A stretch of DNA of 64,000 nucleotides from an uncultured Polyangiaceae bacterium (lineage in GTDB: Bacteria > Desulfobacterota > Binatia > UTPRO1), in NCBI GenBank assembly GCA_964631985.1, contig CAZWAX010000002.1, positions 2,129-66,128 of the forward strand, given 5' to 3'. Under the pieces are notes generated by a model. It searched no databases. It was given only the letters and a program-made list of their open reading frames with translations, and had not been told where the DNA came from. Numbering within the stretch: position 1 is the stretch's first letter; every line of letters starts with the position of its first letter. Shown piece by piece: positions 29,293 to 39,212 of this stretch. The position numbers and the translations under genes are program-made.

Positions 29293-30645
29293 ATGATCGA
29301 AATCGGTGTGTTTCACAACGGGGCCTGCGAGCTGCCGACGGTGCGGACTCCGAGCGGGACGGTCGTCACCGACGGGACGCTGGCGGAAGTGCACGCGAGC
29401 TCGCAGCAAACCGTCCTCAACCAGGTGCGCCAGGGGATTCTCGCCGACGAGCTCGGCTTCGACTACTGGTTCCAGACCGAGCACCACTTTCAACCCGAGG
29501 GGGCGGAGTTCAGTCCGAACCCCTTGCTGTCCGAGATGGCGATCGCGGCTTGCACCAAGCGCATCCGGCTCGGCCAGGCGGCCAACATCATCACCTGGCA
29601 TCATCCGGTGCGCTTCGCTGAGCAGGTGGCGATGCTCGACATCGTGAGCGGGGGTCGCGTGGAGTGCGGCATCGGCCGCGGCTACCAGCCGCGCGAAAAC
29701 GAAACGCTCGGGAGGCCCTACGGCTCAACCATCCAAGACCAGGAGCGCAACCGCGCGGCCTTCGAGGAGGCCTACGAGCTGATCGTCAAGTGCTGGACCG
29801 AGCCGTCCTTCTCTCACCGCGGGGAGAACTTCTCCATTCCGCCGCGCTACACCAAGTGGAACCACGATCAGACCTTCGCCTACTACGGCATGGACAAGGT
29901 CGAGCGGAGTGTGGACGAGGTGCTCAACGTCGGGCCACCCGACATGTACGCGGCCGGCAACCCGGTGCTCGCCACCACGACGACGCTCAAAGAGATCAGC
30001 GTCTTCCCGCAGCCCCTCCAGAAGCCCTATCCACAGATCTGGGAGCCGCTCACCAGCTCGCGATCCATCACATGGGCGGCCCGCCACGGCGTGAACGGCT
30101 ACTTCATCGTGGAGCCGAACTCACGCCTGCGTCGCAACATCGAGCTGTACTACGAGGAGGCGCAGAAGCACGGCTGGCCCGACCGCCTCGGCCGCGGAAG
30201 CTTCAAGTTCGGCTGGGATGCCTCGAAGCGCCGCGGCATCGTCACGTGTCGCTACATCCACCTGCTCCTCCCCGGCAAGGATCGCGCCCGCGAGCTGGCG
30301 CGCTACAAGCAGGCCATGGAACTGCAGTGGCACTACTACGGACCGTTCGGGTTTGCGGCCGTGCTGACCGATGAGGGGGAGACGTTCGATCCCCGCCAGA
30401 AGGTGGAGGCGGATCGGCTCTTCGAAAAAGGGGTAGCGGTGTTCGGGACTCCGCAGGAAATTGCCGAAGCCATTCTCCGCATCAAGACCGAGTGCGGGTA
30501 CGAGGACTTCATGTTCCACGCCTGGTTCGAGAAGGGTGGGTTCGCCGGCGAAGAGATCGAAGAGCAGATGCGCTATTTCGCTGCCGAGGTGATGCCGATC
30601 TTGCGGCGCGAGTGCGGGGGCTCCCCGCGCGATCATCATCGGTAG
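29293..30645 (+). CDS. LLM-class flavin-dependent oxidoreductase (luciferase-like monooxygenase)
   Basis: FDYWFQTEHHF plus a TIM-barrel LLM pattern. Confidence 0.85.
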   Translation: MIEIGVFHNGACELPTVRTPSGTVVTDGTLAEVHASSQQTVLNQVRQGILADELGFDYWFQTEHHFQPEGAEFSPNPLLSEMAIAACTKRIRLGQAANIITWHHPVRFAEQVAMLDIVSGGRVECGIGRGYQPRENETLGRPYGSTIQDQERNRAAFEEAYELIVKCWTEPSFSHRGENFSIPPRYTKWNHDQTFAYYGMDKVERSVDEVLNVGPPDMYAAGNPVLATTTTLKEISVFPQPLQKPYPQIWEPLTSSRSITWAARHGVNGYFIVEPNSRLRRNIELYYEEAQKHGWPDRLGRGSFKFGWDASKRRGIVTCRYIHLLLPGKDRARELARYKQAMELQWHYYGPFGFAAVLTDEGETFDPRQKVEADRLFEKGVAVFGTPQEIAEAILRIKTECGYEDFMFHAWFEKGGFAGEEIEEQMRYFAAEVMPILRRECGGSPRDHHR

Positions 30646-30659
30646 AGAGGAACACGCCC

Positions 30660-31547
30660 ATGGCAAGTGTGGAATTGGAACGACTCAAAGCGCGACTCAC
30701 GACGCGCCTGGCGACCTGGGGCGGCCTCGGCATCGAGCAGATGCGCCAGTCCTGGGAGGATCTGTTCGGAGCCCCCGGGGGCGCGTGTGAATGCGTCCCG
30801 GTCGATGCCGGGGGCGTGCGCGCGGAGTGGATCAGCACGCCGGGTGCGAGCCGCGAGCGGGTCGTCCTGTATCTGCACGGCGGTGGATACGTGCTCGGCT
30901 CGATCAACTCCCACCGCGACATGATCGTGCGGCTGTCGGCGGCGTGCCGGGCACGCGTTTTGGCGCTCGACTACCGACTGGCGCCCGAGCATCCGCATCC
31001 GGCCGCCGTGGAAGATGCGACGGCGGCATACCGCTGGCTGTTGGCGCAGGGGATCGATCCCAAGCGGGTGGTTGTGGCCGGCGACTCGGCGGGCGGCGGA
31101 CTCACAGTGGCGACGCTGGTTGCGCTCCGCGACGGGGGCGAGGCGTTGCCTGCGGCCGGAGTCTGTCTGTCGCCGTGGGTGGACCTCGAGGGATCGGGAG
31201 AGTCGATGACCACTCGGGCGCACCTCGATCCGATGGTGACGTGCGAGATGATCCAGATGATGGGACAGATCTACCTCGGAGGGAAGGATCCGAGGACGCC
31301 GCTCGCGGCGCCGTTGCATGCGGATCTTACGGGATTGCCTCCCATGCTCATCCAGGTCGGTACCGCCGAGACGCTCTACGACGACGCGACCCGGTTGGCC
31401 GAGCGCGCACGTGCGGCCGGTGTGACCGTGACGCTGGAGCCGTGGGACGAGATGATCCACGTTTGGCAGATCTTTGCCCGCGAGCTTCCCGAGGGGCAGG
31501 CGGCGATCGAGCGCATCGGAGAGTTCGTGCGCGAGCACACGGCTTGA
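30660..31547 (+). CDS. alpha/beta hydrolase, HSL-family esterase/lipase
   Basis: HGGGY oxyanion motif, GDSAGG nucleophile elbow. GAGAGG RBS. Confidence 0.85.
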   Translation: MASVELERLKARLTTRLATWGGLGIEQMRQSWEDLFGAPGGACECVPVDAGGVRAEWISTPGASRERVVLYLHGGGYVLGSINSHRDMIVRLSAACRARVLALDYRLAPEHPHPAAVEDATAAYRWLLAQGIDPKRVVVAGDSAGGGLTVATLVALRDGGEALPAAGVCLSPWVDLEGSGESMTTRAHLDPMVTCEMIQMMGQIYLGGKDPRTPLAAPLHADLTGLPPMLIQVGTAETLYDDATRLAERARAAGVTVTLEPWDEMIHVWQIFARELPEGQAAIERIGEFVREHTA

Positions 31548-31555
31548 GCCGGGAC

Positions 31556-32170
31556 ATGACGGCGGACAGGCAATCGTCGGGCGAGGCGGGAAAATCAGGG
31601 GGCATCCGTGTCTCCCCACTCACGATCGAGGCGGCCGAGGCGGCGGCGGCCGCCGCTGGCGTGCCGGCCGCCATGGCGCACCTGAACATCTTCCGGGTGC
31701 TGCTGCACCATCCGCCGCTGGCCAAAGCGGTCGGCAATCTTTTGGTGACGCTGCTCTGGAACGCGAAGCTCGACATGCGTCTTCGGGAGCTCGTGATTCT
31801 CAGGCTCGGGTGGGCGACCGGCTCGGACTACGAGTGGACGCAACACTGGCGGGTCGCAAGTGGTCTCGGCGTGAGCGATCAGGACATGCTCGGCGTGCGG
31901 GACTGGCGTGCCTACGCGGCGTTCGGCGCCGCCGAGCGCGCGGTCCTCGCCGCGACGGACGAGACGCTTGCCACGGGAACGATCAGCCCAGGCACCTGGG
32001 AGGAATGTCGCGTCCACGTCGGGGAGGTCGAGGCCCTGCTTGAGCTCGTGGTCGCGATCGGGAACTGGCGCATGATTTCGTCGCTCCTTCGCAGCCTCCA
32101 GATTCCCCTCGAAGACGGGATCGCAAGCTGGCCCCCGGACGGCGCCGGCCCGCCTGGCTTCGTTGCCTAA
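31556..32170 (+). CDS. carboxymuconolactone decarboxylase (AhpD-like) family protein
   Basis: AhpD-like helical core. Start chosen at the internal ATG (MTADRQ) after the esterase stop. Confidence 0.7.
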   Translation: MTADRQSSGEAGKSGGIRVSPLTIEAAEAAAAAAGVPAAMAHLNIFRVLLHHPPLAKAVGNLLVTLLWNAKLDMRLRELVILRLGWATGSDYEWTQHWRVASGLGVSDQDMLGVRDWRAYAAFGAAERAVLAATDETLATGTISPGTWEECRVHVGEVEALLELVVAIGNWRMISSLLRSLQIPLEDGIASWPPDGAGPPGFVA

Positions 32171-32182
32171 AGGAGACGTATT

Positions 32183-33367
32183 GTGGATCTCAGCTTCGGT
32201 CAGGAATACGAGACCTTTCGCGCCGAGGTTCGCGCCTTCCTCGAGTCCCACGCGGACGTGGCGCGCCCGGCCGGAACGAGCGACGAGCTGTCGCCCGAGT
32301 TGCGGGCATGGCAACGGACGCTGATCGAGCACGGCTACGCGGCGCGCACCATCCCGAAGGAGTACGGTGGCTACGGCGGCGAGCCCGATCTGCTGCGGAC
32401 GATCATCATCGAGGAGGAATTTCACCGGGCGCGGGTGTCTCTCGGCATGATGAACCAAGGCATCGGCATGTTCGTTCCGACACTGCTGCAGTTCGGTACG
32501 GAAGAGCAGAAGCGGAAGTGGGTAGGGCCGACGATTCGCGGCGAGATGATTTGGTGCCAGGGCTACAGCGAACCAGGCGCCGGGAGCGATCTGGCAAGCC
32601 TACGGACCAGCGCCGTCCTCGACGGTGACGATTTCGTCGTGAACGGCCAGAAAATTTGGACCAGCACCGCGCGGGAGGCCGACATGATGTTCGCCCTGGT
32701 GCGGACGGAGCCTGACGCCGCCAAGCACGCCGGGATCAGCTATCTCGTCCTCGACATGCGGAGCCCCGGTATCGAGGTCCGCCCCCTGCGAACGATGATC
32801 GGCACGGCGACGTTCAACGAGGTGTTTTTCGACGCCGTGCGGGTTCCGCGGGAGAATCTCATCGCCAAGCGGGGCCAGGGTTGGGAGGTCGGCACGACCA
32901 CCCTGGTGCACGAGCGCAACATGCTGGGCGGCAGCAGCCAGACCGAGACGATGCTGCAAGGATGCATCGACGTGCTGCGCGACGTCGGGGCACTCGACGA
33001 GCCGGTGTATCGTGACCGCCTCGTGCGGTTGCAGGCACGAGTGCTGGCGATGAAGTACCACGGGTTGCGTCTGCTGACGGATCGTCTCAAGCGGCGCAGC
33101 TCGGGGGTCGCCGGTCTCATCACCAAGCTCAACGCCTGTCAGTTGAACCACGACCTCTGTGCCCTCGCGATCGATGCGATGGAGGAATACGGGCTGCTGC
33201 GCCGCGGCTCGCGGCACGTGCGGGACCACGGGAACTGGCAGAGCCAGTACATGTTCACGCTCGGTTTGATCATCGGCGGCGGCACGGCGCAGATCCAGAA
33301 GAACATCATCAGCGAGCGGGGGCTCGGGATGCCGCGGGAGCCGCGGTCGGAAGGGCGGGGGGCCTAG
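32183..33367 (+). CDS. acyl-CoA dehydrogenase
   Basis: CQGYSEPGAGSDLA, IWTS, GGGTAQIQ. AGGAGA RBS. Confidence 0.85.
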   Translation: MDLSFGQEYETFRAEVRAFLESHADVARPAGTSDELSPELRAWQRTLIEHGYAARTIPKEYGGYGGEPDLLRTIIIEEEFHRARVSLGMMNQGIGMFVPTLLQFGTEEQKRKWVGPTIRGEMIWCQGYSEPGAGSDLASLRTSAVLDGDDFVVNGQKIWTSTAREADMMFALVRTEPDAAKHAGISYLVLDMRSPGIEVRPLRTMIGTATFNEVFFDAVRVPRENLIAKRGQGWEVGTTTLVHERNMLGGSSQTETMLQGCIDVLRDVGALDEPVYRDRLVRLQARVLAMKYHGLRLLTDRLKRRSSGVAGLITKLNACQLNHDLCALAIDAMEEYGLLRRGSRHVRDHGNWQSQYMFTLGLIIGGGTAQIQKNIISERGLGMPREPRSEGRGA

Positions 33368-33369
33368 CC

Positions 33370-34443
33370 GTGGACTTTGGTCTCTCTGAGGATCAGAGGC
33401 TGTTCCAGCAGGCGTTGCGCGGCTACCTGGCCGAGCACGTGCCCATGGCACGTGTCCGTGCGCTCATGGAGAGCGACGACGGTCACGACCCCGCGCTCGT
33501 CAGAGAGCTCGGCGCGCAGGGGGTCACCGGGATCCTCATCCGGGCCGAAGAGGGAGGCGTCGGTCTCGGACTGCTCGACGCGGCGGTCGTGGCCGAGGAG
33601 CTTGGGCGCGCGGTGACGCCCTACTCGTTCTTCAGCGCCGCGGTGCTGGCGCCGCTGGCACTCAGCGCCGCGGGTACCGACGAGCAGCGGGCACGCTGGT
33701 TGCATTTGCTTGGTACCGGCGAGACGGTGCTCTCCTTGGCCTCCCCGGCACCGGCCGTGCGCGGAGGCCGCCTCGATGGGACCGTCCGGTTCGTACCCGA
33801 TGCGCACGTCGCCGACGCGTTCGTGGTCGTTGCCGGCAACGAAGCGCGTCCGGAGCTGCTGCTCGTCCCCCGCGACACACCGGGGCTGTCGGTCGCTGCG
33901 CTCGCCACAGTGGATGCCACGCGGCGCGTGAGTGAGCTCGTGTTCGACGGCCTCAGCATCACGGACGCCATGCGGATGCGGACCGACGTGTCGGCGTTGG
34001 ACGTCGAGCGGGTGGTGGACGCCGGCCGCATCGTGCTTGCGGCCGACGCGCTCGGGGCGGCGGAGCGTGGTCTCGAGCTCGCCGTCGAATATGCTCAGAC
34101 CCGCCAGCAATTCGGCCGATCCATCGGCTCGTTCCAAGCGGTGAAGCACATGTGCGCCGAGACCGTCGCGGAGATCGAGCCCGTCCGTGCCATGCTCTGG
34201 TACGCGGCATTCGCCTGGGACGAGCGTCGAGCCGACGCTGCCGTGACGGCGGCGCTGCTCAAGAGTCACGCCACGGAGGTCGCGACCCAGGCGCTGACGA
34301 CGTGCATTCAGGTGTTCGGCGGCATGGGGTTCACCTACGAGTGCGACATGCACATCTGGTTCAAACGCGCTGGCTACGACCGCCAAGCGCTCGGCGGTCC
34401 CGACGCGATGCGCCGGCGAGCCGCTGTACTGCAATTCGGCTGA
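33370..34443 (+). CDS. acyl-CoA dehydrogenase family protein
   Basis: ACAD C-terminal region (QQFGRSIGSFQAVKH, FGGMGFT). GTG start 3 nt after the upstream stop. Confidence 0.8.
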   Translation: MDFGLSEDQRLFQQALRGYLAEHVPMARVRALMESDDGHDPALVRELGAQGVTGILIRAEEGGVGLGLLDAAVVAEELGRAVTPYSFFSAAVLAPLALSAAGTDEQRARWLHLLGTGETVLSLASPAPAVRGGRLDGTVRFVPDAHVADAFVVVAGNEARPELLLVPRDTPGLSVAALATVDATRRVSELVFDGLSITDAMRMRTDVSALDVERVVDAGRIVLAADALGAAERGLELAVEYAQTRQQFGRSIGSFQAVKHMCAETVAEIEPVRAMLWYAAFAWDERRADAAVTAALLKSHATEVATQALTTCIQVFGGMGFTYECDMHIWFKRAGYDRQALGGPDAMRRRAAVLQFG

Positions 34444-34467
34444 GATCCGGCCGATGGGAGACCCCTC

Positions 34468-35601
34468 ATGACCAGCCCAATCATCTCGGCCGACTCGCAC
34501 ATCACCGAGCCGCCGGGCACCTACATCGATCGCATCGACCGGAAGTACAAAGACCGGGCGCCGCACATGGTGCGCGACCCGAAGCTCGGCGACATCTTCG
34601 TCATCGACGGGCTCAACACGCCGGTGCCCATGGGGCTCGTCGCCGCCGCGGGCAAGAGCGCCGAGGAGCTGCGCACGTTCGGCGTCAAGTTCGAGGAGTT
34701 GCACCGGGGAGGGTGGGATCCCGAGGCGCGGTTGGCCGATCAGGATCGCGACGGCATCGCGGGCGAGATCCTCTATCCCACCGTCGGGATGATGCTCTGC
34801 AACCACCCCGACTTCGACTACAAAAAGGCGTGCTTCGACGCCTACAATCTGTGGATCGCCGAGTACGTCGCGGCACACCCCGATCGGCTGTTCGGAATCG
34901 GCCAGACCGCCATGCGGTCGCCGGACGAGGGGATCAGCGACCTCCGGAGAATGAAGGAGCTCGGCCTGCGGGGCGTGATGATGCCCGGCGACCCGCAGGA
35001 AGAGGACTACGATAGTCCGGTCTACGACGCCTTCTTCGAGGCGGCGGTCGACCTGGAAATGCCGCTCTCATTCCACATCCTCACCAGCAAGAGTGGACGC
35101 CTTGACCAAAAGACGCGCGGGCCGAAATTGAACGGGTTCCTCGCGATCATTCGCGGATGCCAGGACATCCTGGGGATGTTCGTCCTCGGGGCGGTCTTCG
35201 AGCGCCATCCGCGGCTGAAAGTGGTCTGCGTCGAAGCCGATGCAGGTTGGGTGCCGCACTACATGTACCGGATGGACCACGCCTACAAGCGCCACCGTCA
35301 TTGGATGCCCGCCGGTGCGCTCAGCAAGCTCCCGAGCGAGTACTTCCGCGAGCACGTCTACGTGACCTTCCAGGATGATTGGGTGGCTTTTCGGCTGAAG
35401 GATCTGTGCAATGTGCGGCGGCTGATGTGGGCAAACGACTTCCCCCACAGCGACTCGACCTGGCCGGATTCGCAGGCGATCCTCGCCGAACATGCCCAAG
35501 GGCTGAGCGAGCAGGAGCGCCGATGGATTCTCCACGACAACGTCGCCGAGCTTTATCATCTCGATCGACGCGCGATGCCGGGGCAACTGATCGATGGCTG
35601 A
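34468..35601 (+). CDS. amidohydrolase-2 family protein (paralog of 26415-27512)
   Basis: Collinear similarity along the whole length to 26415-27512 (SADSHITEPP, WANDFPHSDSTWPDSQ). Confidence 0.85.
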   Translation: MTSPIISADSHITEPPGTYIDRIDRKYKDRAPHMVRDPKLGDIFVIDGLNTPVPMGLVAAAGKSAEELRTFGVKFEELHRGGWDPEARLADQDRDGIAGEILYPTVGMMLCNHPDFDYKKACFDAYNLWIAEYVAAHPDRLFGIGQTAMRSPDEGISDLRRMKELGLRGVMMPGDPQEEDYDSPVYDAFFEAAVDLEMPLSFHILTSKSGRLDQKTRGPKLNGFLAIIRGCQDILGMFVLGAVFERHPRLKVVCVEADAGWVPHYMYRMDHAYKRHRHWMPAGALSKLPSEYFREHVYVTFQDDWVAFRLKDLCNVRRLMWANDFPHSDSTWPDSQAILAEHAQGLSEQERRWILHDNVAELYHLDRRAMPGQLIDG

Positions 35602-36346
35602 TCGTCTGCGCGGCAAGGTCGCGCTCATCTCCGGGGGGGCGCGGGGGCAGGGCGCGGCCGAGGCCCGACTCTTCACGGCCGAGGGCGCGCAGGTCGTTGT
35701 CGGCGATGTCCTCGACGAGGTCGGCGCGCAACTCAGCGACGAGATCAACGCTGTGCGATCGGGCGCGGCGCGCTACGTCCATTTGAACGTGACCCTGGCG
35801 GCCGATTGGCAGCAGAGCGTCGCCACCGCCGAACGCGTCTTCGGTGGGCTCGATATCCTCGTGAACAACGCCGGCATTTTCAGCATGAACGGCGTCGAGG
35901 GCACGACCGAGGAAGAATGGGACCGGGTCGTGCTGGTCAATCAGAAAGGCGTCTGGCTCGGTATGAAGACGGCGGTGCCAGCGCTCCGTCGGCGAGGGGG
36001 CGGCTCGATCATCAACGTCTCCTCGATCTACGGGCTGATCGGTTCAGGTGCGGCAACGGCCTATCAGGGAACGAAAGGCGCGGTGCGACTGCTCTCGAAG
36101 ACGGCCGCCGTGGAGTACGGAGCCGAGCGGATTCGGGTGAACTCCATTCATCCAGGGATCATCGACACGCCGATGATCGGGCCGTTCCCGCAGGAGATGC
36201 GCGCCGGCATCGCGGCGATGACACCCATGAAACGGGAGGGCACACCGGAGGAGGTCGCCTGGGCTGTGCTCTTTTTGGCATCCGACGAGGCCTCGTACGT
36301 CACCGGTGCCGAGCTCGTTGTTGACGGCGGGTACACGGCGGCGTGA
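35594..36346 (+). CDS. SDR family oxidoreductase
   Basis: ISGGARGQG, NNAG, YQGTKGA (YxxxK). Confidence 0.85.
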   Translation: MADRLRGKVALISGGARGQGAAEARLFTAEGAQVVVGDVLDEVGAQLSDEINAVRSGAARYVHLNVTLAADWQQSVATAERVFGGLDILVNNAGIFSMNGVEGTTEEEWDRVVLVNQKGVWLGMKTAVPALRRRGGGSIINVSSIYGLIGSGAATAYQGTKGAVRLLSKTAAVEYGAERIRVNSIHPGIIDTPMIGPFPQEMRAGIAAMTPMKREGTPEEVAWAVLFLASDEASYVTGAELVVDGGYTAA

Positions 36347-36415
36347 GTAGGTTGCGCCGCTCACGATGTCTCCGTTTCTCATGATCGAGCCTCGGCAGTG
36401 CAGGAGTGGGCGGGG

Positions 36416-37182
36416 ATGACAGCGGAGACGACACCGCTCTCGGGCAAGGTGGCGCTCGTGACCGGCGCCTCCCGTGGCATCGGCCGAGCGACCGCCCTGC
36501 GGTTTGCGCGGGACGGCGCGTCCGTCGTGGTCAACTATCGACGGAACGAAGCGGCGGCGGGGGAAACGGTCGCGGCGATTGCGGGCAGCGGGGGGTGCGC
36601 ACTGGCGGTTCGAGCCGACCTCGAGGACGGCCCGGAGATTGCCACTTTGTTTGCGACCGTGCGCGAGCGCTTCGGGCGCCTCGACGTGCTCATCGCCAAC
36701 GCTGCGGCCACGGCCTTTCGCCCGCTCCTCGAGACGGGTGATCACAATGTGGAGCGCACCTTCGGGATCACGGTCACGGGCTTCGTTCGCTGTGTTCGTG
36801 AGGCGGTTCCGCTGATGAGCGGCGGGACGATCGTGGCCGTCTCCGGTTTCGATACACAGCGGGTGCTCGCGGGCCATGCGACGCTCGGCGCCGCGAAGGC
36901 CGCGCCGAAACGCTCGTGCGCTACCTGGCGGTCGAGCTCGCGCCGCGTGGCATTCGCGTCAACGGCGTGAGCCCGGGCTACGTCGAGACGGATTCGGCTC
37001 GGAGGTATGCCGGCGAGGAGTACGAGACCCGCATTCGTGCCGAGTGGGCGGCGGCGACGCCACTCGGTCGGCTGGGCCGGCCGGAGGAGATCGCCGGCGT
37101 GATTGCCTTCCTCTGCTCCGGCGACGCCAGTTTCATCTGCGGCCAGACCGTCGTCGCCGACGGCGGGCGAACGCTCTGGTGA
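36416..37182 (+). pseudogene. SDR oxidoreductase with an apparent frameshift near 36,900 (or a sequencing error)
   Basis: N-terminal part in one frame (TGASRGIG...GHATLGAAKAA). The C-terminal part (ETLVRYLAVELAPRGIRVNGVSPGYVET...) continues in another frame. Joining them restores a typical ~255-aa SDR. Confidence 0.6.
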
Positions 37183-37242
37183 GGGATGCGGGCGGCCCGA
37201 GCGACGAACGGCGGTTTCACCATTCCGTAGCCGGAGGGGGAC

Positions 37243-38022
37243 ATGTACCAGACGCTCGAATACTCGTGTGAGCAGGCCGTCGCCCTCGTTCGGCTGAACC
37301 GGCCCGAGAAGCTTAATGCCATCAACCGGGAGATGGTCGGCGAGCTCGGGGACGTCGTCCGCCGCATCCATGACGACGAGGACGTGCGTGCCGTGGTCGT
37401 TACCGGAAATGGCCGGGCGTTCTCGGCCGGTGCCGACATCTCGCGCCTCGTCGAGCTGGCCGGCCCGCCCGACTTCTTGAATTTCATCGAGGAGGTCCAG
37501 ACGACCTTCAACGCCCTCGAAGACCTGAACCGACCGACGATCGCGGCCGTGAACGGGTTTGCCTTCGGCGGTGGCTGCGAGCTCGTCCTCGCCTGCGACT
37601 TTCGCATCCTCGCGGCCAGCGCCGCTCTCGGCGTTCCGGAGATCAAGATCGGCGTGCTTCCGGGTGCCGGCGGAACGCAGCGACTGTCACGCATGCTGCC
37701 CCAGGGGCTCGCCAAGCAGATGATCTATCTCGGCGTGCCGCTCGCCGCACCACTCTGTCTCCAGCATGGCCTGGTGAACAGTGTCGTGCCGGACGAGAAG
37801 GTGCTGGAGACTGCCTTGGCGTGGGCGCATGAGCTCGCAGAGCTTCCGCCGCTGGCGATCCGCTCCGCGAAGCTCCTGGTGCATGGCGCGGCGAACCGTG
37901 GCCTCAAGGAAGGGATCGAGGCCGAGCGCCAAGCGCTTGCCTTCCTCTTTGGCACGGCGGACCGGACGGAGGGCATGCGGGCCTTCCTGGAAAAACGCCA
38001 GGCGACCTTCACCGGCCGCTGA
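37243..38022 (+). CDS. enoyl-CoA hydratase/isomerase
   Basis: LNRPEKLNA, FSAGADI, GFAFGGGCEL. GGAGGGGG RBS. Confidence 0.85.
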   Translation: MYQTLEYSCEQAVALVRLNRPEKLNAINREMVGELGDVVRRIHDDEDVRAVVVTGNGRAFSAGADISRLVELAGPPDFLNFIEEVQTTFNALEDLNRPTIAAVNGFAFGGGCELVLACDFRILAASAALGVPEIKIGVLPGAGGTQRLSRMLPQGLAKQMIYLGVPLAAPLCLQHGLVNSVVPDEKVLETALAWAHELAELPPLAIRSAKLLVHGAANRGLKEGIEAERQALAFLFGTADRTEGMRAFLEKRQATFTGR

Positions 38023-38057
38023 GTCACGACCATGGTCTTCGACACGGAGCGTGCGCG

Positions 38058-39209
38058 ATGAATTTTACCTTCGACGACGAGGAGACGGCTTTCGCGGAGA
38101 CGCTGCGCCGGTATGCCCGAGAGCGGTTGCTGCCGGACTTCGCGATCTGGGACCGCGGGGCGGCGTTCCCACGCGAACGGCTGCACGAGCTTGCCGGACT
38201 CGGCCTCATGGGGCTCCGCGTTCCCACCGAGTACGGCGGGGTCGACGGGACGTACGTCATGGCCGGCATCGCGGCCGAGGAGCTCGGGCGCGGCGACCTC
38301 GGCCACACCCTCTTCATCCAGCTCGGCGCGATCACCGGCGACCTCCTCTCGGGATACGCGACGCGGCAGGTGAAGGAGGAGTGGCTCTCCGCCCAGGCAA
38401 CCGGCGAGCGCTTGGTCGCCTTCGGGTTGACCGAGCCGGGCACGGGTTCGGACGCCGCGGCGATTCAGGCCACGGCCACGCGCCGCGGCGACGAATACAT
38501 CGTGTGCGGCGAGAAGGCGTCGATCACCTTCGCAGGCTTCGCCGACGCCTGTATCGTCTTCGCGCGCACCAGCGGCGCCGGCGCCAAGGGGATCGGCGCG
38601 ATCCTCGTCCCGCTCGACCGCCCGGGCGTTTCCCGTCGCGTCTACAAGAGCGTCGGCGAGCGCCTCACTCAGCGCGGATCCCTCGTCTTCGAGGACGTCC
38701 GCGTCCCGGCCGACCACCTCCTCGGCGACGAGCACGGCGGCTTCATCCAAGCGATGCTGGCCTTCGACTACAACCGAGCGATCATCGCTCTGGCCTGCGT
38801 CGGCGCGGCGGGTCAGTCGATGGACGAGACGATCGGGTACGTGAAGCAGCGGACGACCTTTGGGAAACCGCTCGCCTCGCGCCAGGGAGTCGCTTTCCAG
38901 GTTGCCGAGCACCTGACGATGATCCAGGCAGCGCGGTTCCTCGCTTACGACTGCCTGGCGCGCCGCGACCGTGGGGAGCCGCACACGAAAGAAGCGGCGA
39001 TGGCGAAGTGGCTGGGCCCGAAGGTGTCGGCAGAGGCGATCCACGCCTGCATGATTCTCCACGGCTGGATGGGCTACGACCAGGAGTTACCGCACGAGCA
39101 GCGACTGCGTGACGTGATCGGGCTCGAGATCGGCGACGGGACGCCCGAGATCATGAAAGGGATCATCGCGCGAGAAGTGATCGGGCGCGATCACTTCTCG
39201 TTCCGCTGA
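38058..39209 (+). CDS. acyl-CoA dehydrogenase
   Basis: FGLTEPGTGSDAA, GDGTPEI. Confidence 0.9.
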   Translation: MNFTFDDEETAFAETLRRYARERLLPDFAIWDRGAAFPRERLHELAGLGLMGLRVPTEYGGVDGTYVMAGIAAEELGRGDLGHTLFIQLGAITGDLLSGYATRQVKEEWLSAQATGERLVAFGLTEPGTGSDAAAIQATATRRGDEYIVCGEKASITFAGFADACIVFARTSGAGAKGIGAILVPLDRPGVSRRVYKSVGERLTQRGSLVFEDVRVPADHLLGDEHGGFIQAMLAFDYNRAIIALACVGAAGQSMDETIGYVKQRTTFGKPLASRQGVAFQVAEHLTMIQAARFLAYDCLARRDRGEPHTKEAAMAKWLGPKVSAEAIHACMILHGWMGYDQELPHEQRLRDVIGLEIGDGTPEIMKGIIAREVIGRDHFSFR

Positions 39210-39212
39210 GCG

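Noticed and set aside
33364-34878. 504-aa minus-strand ORF
   Set aside because: It is antisense to the ACAD and amidohydrolase genes and has arginine-rich low complexity.
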